A model generated the notes under the pieces. It made no database searches, was not told the origin of the DNA, and saw only the letters and a program-made list of their open reading frames with translations. The translations under genes and the position numbers were made by a program. A stretch of 64,000 bases of DNA, taken from positions 125,495 through 189,494 of the forward strand of contig JAKACD010000001.1 in NCBI GenBank assembly GCA_021821785.1, written 5' to 3'. Shown in pieces: positions 1-8,032 of the stretch. How positions within the stretch are numbered: the stretch's first letter is position 1; the number at the start of each line of letters is the position of its first letter. The DNA is from Thermoplasmata archaeon (GTDB taxonomy: Archaea; Thermoplasmatota; Thermoplasmata; Lutacidiplasmatales; UBA184).

Positions 1-998
1 CCGATGAGCTCTCCGGCGAGGAGGGGCGCGCGCTGATCGACCGGCTCCGCGACTTCGGCACGCCCTACCCTACCCTCATCCTGACCGGAGGGGACCCGCT
101 CCAGCGCCCCGACCTCTTCGCCCTGATCGAGCACGCCCGCGCGCAGCGTCTGCACGTGGCGGTCTCGCCCGCGGTCTCGGACGCGCTGAACGCCGCCACG
201 ATGGCCCGACTCGCGGAGCTTGGGGTCGCGTCGATCTCCGTGAGCCTCGATGGGGGCAGTGCGGCCGCCCACGAACGGGTGAGGGGGGTTCCTGGCCACT
301 TCGAACGAACGCGCGCGGCGATCACGACGGCGTTGGATCTTGGCCTGCGGGTGCAGGTCAATTCCACTGTCCTGGCAGAGAACGTGCGGGAACTGCCGAG
401 CCTGTTCGAGTCGATCGTGGGCTGGGGCGTGCGCACCTGGGAGGTCTTCTTCCTGATCCGTACCGGCCGCGGTGCCGGGCTCGCCGAGCTTTCCTCGGAG
501 GAAACGGAGGACGTGGGACAGTTCCTCTACGACGCCTCCCGCTACGGGGTCCTCATTCGACCGGTCGAAGCGCCGTTCCTGCGTCGGATCCGCCGGCAAC
601 GCGAGGCCGGGGGTCCGGCCGGGGGCCCGCTCTACGCGGCCCTCCGCGACGAGCTCGCGCGACGGATGGGGCCCGGGACCCAGCCCTCCTCGATCGCACC
701 GCGCGGCACGCTCGACGGCGATGGCATTCTTTTCGTCGGGTACGACGGCACGATCTACCCCGGCGGATTCCTCCCCGAGCGGCTGGGCAACGTGCGCCGG
801 GACGACCTGGTGTCGGTCTACCGGGATCACCCCTTGCTCCAACGGATCCGCGCTCGGGACCTGGGCGACGCCTGCGGCACCTGCGCGCACCGGTTCGAAT
901 GCGGGGGGAGCCGCGCCCGTGCGTTCGCGCGGACCGGCGACCCGCTCGCCGCCGACCCCGCCTGCCACTTCGCCGTACCGGTCCGTGTCGGGGCGTAG
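1..998 (+). CDS. radical SAM / SPASM-type protein (AhbD/NirJ-like), 5' end outside window
   Basis: Reading frame 3 is open from the window start (DELSGEEGRALIDRL...LTGGDPLQRPDLF...). It shows a radical-SAM barrel core and a C-terminal Cys cluster, CGTCAHRFECGGS...DPACHF. The CxxxCxxC site must lie upstream of the window. Stop TAG at 996-998. Confidence 0.8.
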   Translation, partial: DELSGEEGRALIDRLRDFGTPYPTLILTGGDPLQRPDLFALIEHARAQRLHVAVSPAVSDALNAATMARLAELGVASISVSLDGGSAAAHERVRGVPGHFERTRAAITTALDLGLRVQVNSTVLAENVRELPSLFESIVGWGVRTWEVFFLIRTGRGAGLAELSSEETEDVGQFLYDASRYGVLIRPVEAPFLRRIRRQREAGGPAGGPLYAALRDELARRMGPGTQPSSIAPRGTLDGDGILFVGYDGTIYPGGFLPERLGNVRRDDLVSVYRDHPLLQRIRARDLGDACGTCAHRFECGGSRARAFARTGDPLAADPACHFAVPVRVGA

Positions 999-1127
999 CC
1001 GGGAAGGGACGATGACCGCACGAGCCATCCCCCGCCGGGAGTCCGTCGCGGTTCCGCCACCGCGGGACGCAGCCGACAGCCACGGAAGCCGGGCGCGGGG
1101 CCCCGGATCCTTGAAGGGAGTGCGTCC

Positions 1128-1619
1128 ATGAACCCCTGGATCGACGCCGCGATCCTCTGGGTCCACCTGTTCAGCGCTGTGCTGTTCGTCGGCGGGTCGT
1201 TCTTCTTCTGGCTGGTCCTGGAACCGGTTTCGCACCGGATCGTGTCGGACGAAGCGGCCCGTACGGTCCTGATCGGACGGCTCGCGCGCCGGTTCGGCCA
1301 GTTCACGACGCCGCTCTTGATCGTGCTGATCTTGACCGGGCTCTACAACGCGAGCTGGTATCTTCCGTCGCTCAGCGATCCCCTCGCGAGCCTTCCGGGC
1401 CAGGTCCTGGTGCTGAAGGCCGTGGTGGTCCTGGCCCTGGTGATTCTGATCTACGTCCATGGCATCTATTTCGGACGACGGATCAGTCGACTCGCCCGGG
1501 CCGGCGACGTCGACGGGCTCCGCCAGATCCGGCGCAAGAGCCGGGTCGTCTCCTATGTGAACCTCGGATTGATGCTGGCGGTGCTGGCCCTCGCGGTCGC
1601 GTTGCAGATGGTGGGATGA
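1128..1619 (+). CDS. CopD/HemJ-like four-helix membrane protein
   Basis: 163 aa with an ATG start and four hydrophobic helices. There is a His in helix 1 (ILWVHLFSAVLFVGG) and a K...H...G pattern in helix 3 (VLKAVVVLALVILIYVHGIYFGRR). Both recall the CopD and HemJ (UPF0093) families. Confidence 0.6.
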   Translation: MNPWIDAAILWVHLFSAVLFVGGSFFFWLVLEPVSHRIVSDEAARTVLIGRLARRFGQFTTPLLIVLILTGLYNASWYLPSLSDPLASLPGQVLVLKAVVVLALVILIYVHGIYFGRRISRLARAGDVDGLRQIRRKSRVVSYVNLGLMLAVLALAVALQMVG

Positions 1620-1671
1620 TGGGAGAACCCGACGGGTCGCGGCACGGCCGGGAGCGCCGAGGAGGACGCGC

Positions 1672-2610
1672 GTGAGTGGGACCTCGCACGACCCACAGGG
1701 GGTGCTGTTGATGGCCCTCGGCGGTCCCACAAACCTCGCCGACGTGGAGCCGTACCTGCTCGACCTGCGGGGGGGCCGGCCCACGCCGCCGGAGCTGGTG
1801 GAGGAGTTCCGCGAGCGCTACCGCCGGATCGGCGGCGGGTCTCCCCTCGTCGCGGTGACCCGGGCCCAGGCGGCCGCGCTCGAGCGGAAGCTCTCGAGCG
1901 AGGGGACGCCCGTTCACTGCGAGGTCGGCATGCGCCACTGGCGCCCCCATATCCGGGAGGGGTTCGCCTCGCTCGTTCGAAGAGGCGCGACGGAGGTCAC
2001 GGGCCTCTGCATGACCCCCTACTACTCACCGTGGAGCGTGGGCGGCTACCTCTCCGCGCTCGACCAGGTCGCGGCCGAGAGCGCTCCGGCCGTACGCCTA
2101 CATCGGGTGGAGACCTGGCACGATGCGCCCACGCTCGCCGAAGCGTTCGTGCGCAAGATCCTCGAGCGGATCGACGCGATGACCGCGCGGGGGGACCCGC
2201 GACCGGCCCTCCTGTTCACCGCCCACAGCCTTCCGGGAGCCGCCGATCCCGGGGTAGAGCCGTACGTGCGGCAACTGGCGCGGGTCCGCGCTGCGGTGAC
2301 CGCCCGGCTTCCCCCGGTCCGCTCCGAGTTCGCCTACCAGTCCGTCGGCCGACGCGAAGGACCGTGGCTCCTCCCTTCGTGGGAGGGGCTGTTCGAGCGG
2401 CTCGCCCACGACGGCGAACGGTCGGTCCTGGTCGTTCCGTTCGGGTTCGTCGCGGACAATCTCGAGATCCTCTTCGATGTCGACCTCGAGATGCGCGCCC
2501 GAGCGGCCGAACTCGGCCTTGCCTTCGACCGAACGGAGTCGCTCAATGACGACCCGCTCCTGATCGACGCCCTCGCGCACGCCGTGCGGGGCGCGGACCG
2601 CACCGGATAG
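1672..2610 (+). CDS. hemH: ferrochelatase (short soluble, CpfC-like)
   Basis: 312 aa with a GTG start. Ferrochelatase motifs present: LLMALGGPTNLADVEPYL, RYRRIGGGSPL, LLFTAHSLPG, EFAYQSVGRREGPWLLP, FGFVADNLEILFDVD. Confidence 0.92.
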   Translation: MSGTSHDPQGVLLMALGGPTNLADVEPYLLDLRGGRPTPPELVEEFRERYRRIGGGSPLVAVTRAQAAALERKLSSEGTPVHCEVGMRHWRPHIREGFASLVRRGATEVTGLCMTPYYSPWSVGGYLSALDQVAAESAPAVRLHRVETWHDAPTLAEAFVRKILERIDAMTARGDPRPALLFTAHSLPGAADPGVEPYVRQLARVRAAVTARLPPVRSEFAYQSVGRREGPWLLPSWEGLFERLAHDGERSVLVVPFGFVADNLEILFDVDLEMRARAAELGLAFDRTESLNDDPLLIDALAHAVRGADRTG

Positions 2611-2684
2611 CCTCCCCGAGGCTCGGCGGGGAGCGGGCGCGACGCCCATCCCGTCCGGCCGGTAGGGGCGGGGGCGCCCTTCCC

Positions 2685-4724
2685 TTACGGAGCGCGCTTC
2701 GTCGCGGTGTCCGTGCCCTCTTTCCATTCGGACGGAGGGTTCGCGGCCGGCGGCGGCGGGCCCCCCCGCCGCGCCCGAAGCCACAGCACGACGAGCACCG
2801 CGATGACGACGAGGAGCAGGACGACCACGAGGGCGACGGAGAACAGGGTGGTGGCGAAGATCGACGGATACGCCGTTGTGAAATCGAGCGTCGCCACCGA
2901 CGGGCCGGCCACCCCGACCGTGGCGGTCACGGTCTGGTGGAGGGGGGTCATGTCGTAGGTCTCGGCCCAGCTGCCCGTGATATTGTAGGTCCCGGCCGGA
3001 ACGAGGAAGGTCAGGGTGCCGCTGCTGTTGGTGATCCCCGAGGCGACTGTCGAGCCGGTGGTGGTGTTGACCACCGCGACGAAGACGTTCGAGAGCCCGC
3101 CGCCGCCGGATGAGGTCGCGTGGATCGTCAGCGCGAAGACGTTGTGAGCGGTAACGATGAACGGGCCGTCACCGGTAACCGGGACCGGTTGGGCGAACAC
3201 CACCTGGCTGTCGTCGTAGACCACGGTGAGCGTGAAGTTGCCGACCGGTACCTGAGCCAGGGAGAACTGGCCCGCTACCGTGCCGACAATGAGCCGGTAC
3301 GCGGTCCCGTTCGGGTGGATGACGGTGATCAGGGGGTACGGTAGCGGCTGCCCGTTCGATGCGAGGATGGTGAACGTCGGATAGACCACCTCGGCGTGCA
3401 ACGTGAACTGGGTCGAGTTCGCGGTCACGCTCTCGGCGAACGAACCGACCCCGATCCCTTCCCAGGTGACGGGGAAATCGTAGAGGGAACCGGCCGCGAG
3501 CTCGAAGGTGACGACACCGGTGCTGTTCGTCCGGCCCGAGGCGACGAGCGTGCCGCCCGAGATCGCGCCGACGAGCGCACCTTGGAGCGACACGTTGTGG
3601 TCGTCCACGACCGTGAGCTGTACGGGCACCGGGGGCAATCCGATCGAGATCGTCACCGCCGAGAATGCGTTGCGGCCGTAGTAGGCCGGGAGCGTATCCT
3701 GGTTCGCGAGGTTGTGGTAGGTGTTGTCGGTCGCATTGACGGTGAAGCGGTAGCTACCGGCGGCGAGCATGGAGTAGTTGAAGGCGATCGAATACGTGCC
3801 GTTCGGCGCGGAGGGCGGGGCCCGAGCGGGCGTCGGGCTCATGGCCTGGGGCGCCACGACGACCGAGCCCTGGGCATTGACGACCGAGAAGTCGACCGAG
3901 AAGTTCTCGAAGTCGTACGCCCCGAGAGGGTCCGCGACCACGGCGAGGACGGTCACGGTCGTGTTCGAACCCGACGTGGGGAGCACCGTGACGGCCGCGC
4001 CGGAGGAGTTGAGGACCTCGACGCGGGGGACCGTGAGATAGGTGCTCGACGGAACGCTGGCCGAGCTCACGTAGTACGTGCTGGCGACCAACCCCCACCA
4101 GATGCCGTAGTGCTCGGCGGTGTTGCCGTTGATGGTGATGTTGAGCTCGAGCGAGCTCCCCGAGGGGATCGTGACGTTCAGGGTCGGTCCGGTGAGGAAG
4201 ACGAGCGTGGGCGTCGAGCCGCCCGGGCCGATGCTTCCCGTACCGGTGGCCGGCCCGGTGCCAAGGACCGTCACCGCGCCGTTCGGCGCGACCTCGGCGG
4301 CCGTGAGCGTGATCGAGCCGCCCGTGGGCGAGCTGCCGCTCTGGTTCATGTAGACCGTGGCGTCGATCGTCCCGTTGAGGGCGAGCGGCGCGGTGAAGGC
4401 CGGTGCGGCCACGAAGTCCACGGCGTCGTAGTGGGGCGCGAGCGAGACCGAGCCGGTGTGGCTCCACGGCGCCTGCGAGTCGTTCACGGTGCTGAGCACG
4501 TCGAGGTACTGGGCCGAGCCGACCGTGATCCCCGCCGAGGAGTTGTGGAGGTAGAACAGAAGGTTCGAAGGGGTCGGCTCCGGGCCGGTCCACGGCGTGG
4601 CCATGGCCGGTGCGGTGCTGAGAAGGAGCGACAGCGTCGCGGCGAGCAGGAGCACGGTCAGTCCCAGGGCGAACGGTCGGTGCGATCTCGAACTCTTCCG
4701 TGGTTGACCTTGCGGGCGCGGCAT
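2685..4724 (-). CDS. secreted, C-terminally anchored cell-surface glycoprotein with carboxypeptidase-regulatory-like beta-sandwich repeats
   Basis: The start was trimmed to the ATG at 4724, giving MPRPQGQPRKSSRSHRPFALGLTVLLLAATLSLLLSTAPAMA as a signal peptide. A TATA-like AATAAAATA box (4752-4760, minus strand) lies about 30 nt upstream. I count 20 N-x-S/T sequons. C-terminal TM helix IFATTLFSVALVVVLLLVVIAVLVVLWL followed by RARR. Confidence 0.75.
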   Translation of the reverse strand: MPRPQGQPRKSSRSHRPFALGLTVLLLAATLSLLLSTAPAMATPWTGPEPTPSNLLFYLHNSSAGITVGSAQYLDVLSTVNDSQAPWSHTGSVSLAPHYDAVDFVAAPAFTAPLALNGTIDATVYMNQSGSSPTGGSITLTAAEVAPNGAVTVLGTGPATGTGSIGPGGSTPTLVFLTGPTLNVTIPSGSSLELNITINGNTAEHYGIWWGLVASTYYVSSASVPSSTYLTVPRVEVLNSSGAAVTVLPTSGSNTTVTVLAVVADPLGAYDFENFSVDFSVVNAQGSVVVAPQAMSPTPARAPPSAPNGTYSIAFNYSMLAAGSYRFTVNATDNTYHNLANQDTLPAYYGRNAFSAVTISIGLPPVPVQLTVVDDHNVSLQGALVGAISGGTLVASGRTNSTGVVTFELAAGSLYDFPVTWEGIGVGSFAESVTANSTQFTLHAEVVYPTFTILASNGQPLPYPLITVIHPNGTAYRLIVGTVAGQFSLAQVPVGNFTLTVVYDDSQVVFAQPVPVTGDGPFIVTAHNVFALTIHATSSGGGGLSNVFVAVVNTTTGSTVASGITNSSGTLTFLVPAGTYNITGSWAETYDMTPLHQTVTATVGVAGPSVATLDFTTAYPSIFATTLFSVALVVVLLLVVIAVLVVLWLRARRGGPPPPAANPPSEWKEGTDTATKRAP

Positions 4725-4751
4725 GACAGGTGCATTTCTTCCGGAAGGGGG

Positions 4752-4760
4752 TATTTTATT
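4752..4760 (-). promoter_or_regulatory. TATA-like box for the surface-protein gene
   Basis: AATAAAATA on the minus strand, 28-36 nt upstream of the ATG at 4724. It is an isolated AT-rich patch in GC-rich DNA. Confidence 0.45.
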
Positions 4761-4819
4761 GTGTGTCCCGGGTCGCACGGCACTTCCGGCACGGGAGGGG
4801 CACCGGCCACGCCGCCGCG

Positions 4820-4885
4820 ACGGCTCGGCTCCCCCGGTTCGTTCCGAGTTCGTCTACCAGTCCATCGACCGACCCGCTCACTGGA
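4820..4885 (+). pseudogene. ferrochelatase gene fragment (relic copy of the hemH YQS region)
   Basis: Positions 4831-4873 match hemH 2311-2353 at 38 of 43 nt, in register and in frame. The fragment translates to PPVRSEFVYQSIDR versus PPVRSEFAYQSVGR in hemH. No start codon and no remainder of the gene are present. Confidence 0.6.
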
Positions 4886-5447
4886 GGAGATACCACGTCC
4901 AGGCGTAGACGAGCACCACAATCCAGATCGAGAGAAAGGCGAGGGGAAGGAATTCGGTCAGCCGGGAGGGATTCAACCGGTCCGTCCAGCCGATCACTTC
5001 CGAGCGAGAGAATCGGTACCGGTGCGCGCCGTACGGCCGGAGCAGGTCCACACGGATCGTCGCGCCGGAACGGAGCGTGATCGGTGCCTCGAGCGACGCA
5101 TCGAACGGCGGCTGGAGCTCCTCGAGCCTCGCTGCCGCCTCCCGCCAGAGCGCGAGGGCATCGTTCGTCCGGTGGAGGAGGATCGCCCAGACGAAGGAGA
5201 AGAGGATCCCCAGGGAGGCGAGGAACGTGGCGACGAGCGCGAGCTCGTCCGGTCGGCTCACGAAGTACGCGATCGCCACCACCATTCCCGTCACGAGGAC
5301 GCTGCCGATGGCGGCAAAGTAGGACGTCCGTCCGGCCGCAAGCTGGCCCTCCTCGGCGGCGAGCCGCTCGTACTTGTCGTGGAGCCACCGGCGCTCCTCG
5401 GGCGTGAGGGAGGGGGTCGTGACGCCGACGCGAGGTCCGTCGGACAC
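4878..5447 (-). CDS. hypothetical three-TM membrane protein
   Basis: 189 aa with a GTG start. The N-terminus is charged and helical (EERRWLHDKYERLAAEEGQL). Two adjacent TM helices follow, then an 80-aa soluble segment and a C-terminal TM (LPLAFLSIWIVVLVYAWTWYLL). No family was recognised with confidence. Confidence 0.6.
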   Translation of the reverse strand: MSDGPRVGVTTPSLTPEERRWLHDKYERLAAEEGQLAAGRTSYFAAIGSVLVTGMVVAIAYFVSRPDELALVATFLASLGILFSFVWAILLHRTNDALALWREAAARLEELQPPFDASLEAPITLRSGATIRVDLLRPYGAHRYRFSRSEVIGWTDRLNPSRLTEFLPLAFLSIWIVVLVYAWTWYLLQ

Positions 5448-5487
5448 GCCCGGACTAGGTCGGGAGGACCGTTAAGCGCATGCGGCG

Positions 5488-5589
5488 CCGGCCGGATTTC
5501 CCGCCGACCGGCCCCGCGGGGTCCCCTGAAGCCCGCAAGGGGCGATCGGACCGGTCGGGTCCAGAGTCCTGTCGGCGGGACCCGGCCGG
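5488..5589. ncRNA. candidate structured RNA element (closing helix plus internal hairpins), strand undetermined
   Basis: Positions 5500-5508 pair with 5571-5579 (9 bp) and 5488-5495 pair with 5582-5589 (8 bp). These helices enclose the hairpins CCCCT/AGGGG (5523-5542) and GGACC/GGTCC (5549-5563). The element lies in a 240-nt gap between two minus-strand genes. Confidence 0.25.
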
Positions 5590-5687
5590 TAGAATCTCCG
5601 GACGATCCGAGAGGGGCCGATCGAGCCCCCGCGGTAAATCTCCCTGGCTCGGGCGAAGGGCCTTCGCCGGAGCGCCGACAAGCTCGG

Positions 5688-6722
5688 TCAGGCGGACGTG
5701 GTCGGCCGTCCGTTCACGTGGACGAACTCGACGAGTTCCCGCACGGAGTCCGGCGGGGTCTCGGGCAGCACCCCGTGCCCGAGGTTGAAGACGTGGGCGC
5801 GCCGATCGGGGAGCTCGTCGAGCACCGCGCGCGCGGCCGCCCGCAGTTCGGCCGACGACCCCAGCAATGCGCCCGGGTCAAGATTTCCCTGGAGCGCGCG
5901 CTTCGGCACCGCGGCGCGCACCGCGCCGAGCGGAAGGCGCCAGTCGACCCCGAGCGCGTCGTTCCCCAGTTCTCGGAGCTCGGGCAAGAGATGCGCGGAA
6001 CCGGTCGAGAAGTAGACCGTAGGGAGGCCGGTGTCGCGGAGCGCCGAGAACACGCGGACCAGTCTCGGTCGGACATGCCGCGCGAACAGCGCCCGCGGCA
6101 GGAGACCCACCCACGTGTCGAAGAGCTGGAGCGCGTGGGCCCCCGCCCGAGCCTGCATCCGTAGGTAGGCGATCGTCATCTCGGCGAGGACGTCGAGGAT
6201 CCGATCGAACCGAGCCGGCTCCCGGTAGAGCAGCCCCCGGGTTGCGGGATACTCGCGCGACGCGCCGCCCTCGATGAGATACGCAGCGAGCGTGAACGGG
6301 CCACCAGCGAACCCGATGATCGGGCGTTCCGATTCCTCGGCCCGGAACCGACGGATCGTCTCTCCCACGAACCCCACCGCGACCGGGTCGAACGGGGTGA
6401 GCTGGGCGAGATCGGCCTCGGTGCGGACCGGATGCGGCACGACCGGCCCCCGGCCCGGGTCGATACGGAAGTCGACCCCGAGGCCGGCGAGCGGGAGCAC
6501 GATGTCGGCGAACACCACCGCGGCGTCGACGTCGAACCGACGGAGCGGCTCGAGCGTCACCTCGGTCGCGAGCTCGGGGGCGCGGGCGATCTCGAGGATC
6601 GAGTGGCGGGCCCGCATCGCGCGGTAGCCCGGGAGGTACCGCCCGGCCTGGCGCATCAGCCAGATCGGGGTCGTGTCGACCGGTTCGCCTCGGAGCGCCC
6701 GCAGGAACCGCTCGCGCATCAC
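5688..6722 (-). CDS. hemE: uroporphyrinogen decarboxylase
   Basis: 344 aa. Contains RFLRALRGEPVDTTPIWLMRQAGRYLPGYRA and DAAVVFADIV, which are classic HemE motifs. The start region GTGATG (6717-6722) overlaps the hemL stop. Confidence 0.95.
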   Translation of the reverse strand: MMRERFLRALRGEPVDTTPIWLMRQAGRYLPGYRAMRARHSILEIARAPELATEVTLEPLRRFDVDAAVVFADIVLPLAGLGVDFRIDPGRGPVVPHPVRTEADLAQLTPFDPVAVGFVGETIRRFRAEESERPIIGFAGGPFTLAAYLIEGGASREYPATRGLLYREPARFDRILDVLAEMTIAYLRMQARAGAHALQLFDTWVGLLPRALFARHVRPRLVRVFSALRDTGLPTVYFSTGSAHLLPELRELGNDALGVDWRLPLGAVRAAVPKRALQGNLDPGALLGSSAELRAAARAVLDELPDRRAHVFNLGHGVLPETPPDSVRELVEFVHVNGRPTTSA

Positions 6723-8032
6723 CCGGCTCCCCGGCGGCTCGCGCGGAACCCCGCCCGGAGCCCCGGCGTCCCCCGCTCGAGGTCCCGGTCGGTGATTGCC
6801 ATCGAGACGAACGTCGTCTCAAGCGGGGAGGGCGGCAGCGCCACGCCGCCGCGGAGGGCCCCGTGAAAGAACGCGGCATACCGCGCGCGGTCGGCCCTCC
6901 GGGCGCTCCGCTCGTCGACGATCGGCCCCGCGGCGAAGAACAGGCCGAGCATCGACCCGACGCGCTGGAGCGTGAACGGCTGCGCCCCCTCCTCGGCGGC
7001 GATCGCCTCGATCCGCTCGGCGAGCCGCCGGCTGGTCCGTTCGAGCGCGGCGTAGCGGGCCGGGCGCAGGGCATCGAGCGCGGCCGCTCCGGCCGCCATC
7101 GACAGCGGGTTTCCCGCGAGCGTGCCGGCTTGGTAGACGTCCCCCATCGGCGCGAGCCGCTCCAGGATCTCCGCGCGTCCGCCGTACGCACCGATCGGAA
7201 GGCCCCCGCCGATCACCTTGCCGAGCGTGAAGAGGTCGGCCCGGCCCCCGAGCGAGCCGATCGCCGCCCCCCGGCGGAGCCGAAAGCCCGTGATCACCTC
7301 ATCCGCGATCACGAGCGCCCCGTGCGCCCGTGCCAAGCGGGCGAGGCCGTAAAGGAATCCCGGGCGCGGTGGAACGACCCCCATGTTGCCGGCGACCGGC
7401 TCCACCAGCACCGCGGCGATCTCCTCCGGGGCGCGCTCGAAGACCCCCGCGAGCGCGTCAAGGTCGTTGTACGGGCTCACGAGCGTCTCCCGCACGATGC
7501 TCGCCGGCACGCCCGCCGAATCGGGCAGGGACTGGGTCGCAGGACCGGAACCGGCGCTCGCGAGAAGCCCGTCCGAGTGGCCGTGGTAGCCGCCCGCGAA
7601 CTTCACGACCTTCGGTCGCCCGGTGAATCCCCGCGCGAGGCGGACCGCGGACATCGTCGCCTCCGTCCCCGAGCTCACGAACCGGATCCGTTCCATCTCG
7701 GGGACGGCCCGCCGGATCCGCTCGGCGAGCTCATGCTCGAGCGGGGAGGGGGCCCCGAAGGAGAGGCCGCGGCCGGCGGTCGCCCGGACCGCCCGGACGA
7801 CGGCGGGCGGGGCGTTCCCGAGGAGGTTCGCCCCCCAGGAGCCGAGGAGGTCGAGATAGCGACGGCCATCGGCATCGAACAGGTAGGCGCCCCGACCGCG
7901 CAGGAAGAAGGCGGGCGAGCCGCCGACCGCGCGGAACGACCGGACCGGAGAGTCGACGCCCCCGACCAGCACCCGCTCGGCGCGCCGGAATAGCGCGCGG
8001 GAGCGGGGACCGACCGACGCGCGGGGGGTCAC
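6719..8032 (-). CDS. hemL: glutamate-1-semialdehyde 2,1-aminomutase
   Basis: The start was trimmed to the GTG at 8032, which forms a GTGA overlap with the hemQ stop. Contains LFRRAERVLVGGVDSPVRSFRAVGG and the PLP region ADLFTLGKVIGGGLPIGAYGG. Confidence 0.93.
   Translation of the reverse strand: MTPRASVGPRSRALFRRAERVLVGGVDSPVRSFRAVGGSPAFFLRGRGAYLFDADGRRYLDLLGSWGANLLGNAPPAVVRAVRATAGRGLSFGAPSPLEHELAERIRRAVPEMERIRFVSSGTEATMSAVRLARGFTGRPKVVKFAGGYHGHSDGLLASAGSGPATQSLPDSAGVPASIVRETLVSPYNDLDALAGVFERAPEEIAAVLVEPVAGNMGVVPPRPGFLYGLARLARAHGALVIADEVITGFRLRRGAAIGSLGGRADLFTLGKVIGGGLPIGAYGGRAEILERLAPMGDVYQAGTLAGNPLSMAAGAAALDALRPARYAALERTSRRLAERIEAIAAEEGAQPFTLQRVGSMLGLFFAAGPIVDERSARRADRARYAAFFHGALRGGVALPPSPLETTFVSMAITDRDLERGTPGLRAGFRASRRGAG

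Noticed and set aside
5488-5589. The structured element as 5S rRNA, tRNA, SRP RNA or RNase P RNA. The same question applied to 26590-26864 and 49404-49633.
   Set aside because: None of the hallmark motifs were found on either strand. These are the 5S loop C/E sequences, the tRNA T-loop GTTCRANYC with a cloverleaf, the SRP helix-8 GGAA/AGCA motif, and the RNase P GAGGAAAGTCC motif.
5652-5668. The GGCGAAGG-g-CCTTCGCC palindrome 20 nt after the hemE stop as an intrinsic terminator. Similar GC palindromes occur at 2612-2640 and 49410-49430.
   Set aside because: Archaeal termination relies on oligo-T tracts, and none follows. GC palindromes are frequent in this composition. They were left unannotated.
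3396-6164. Very long ORFs: 922 aa at 3396-6164 (+), 1004 aa at 41059-44073 (-), 1131 aa at 59900-63295 (-), plus many 150-620-aa ORFs antisense or out of frame to recognised genes.
   Set aside because: Their products are Arg/Pro/Gly/Asp low-complexity strings with no motifs. They run antisense or out of frame through well-supported genes such as the surface protein, hemE, ileS, the antiporter and the K+ channel. Stop codons are rare in 70%-GC DNA, so such shadow ORFs are expected.
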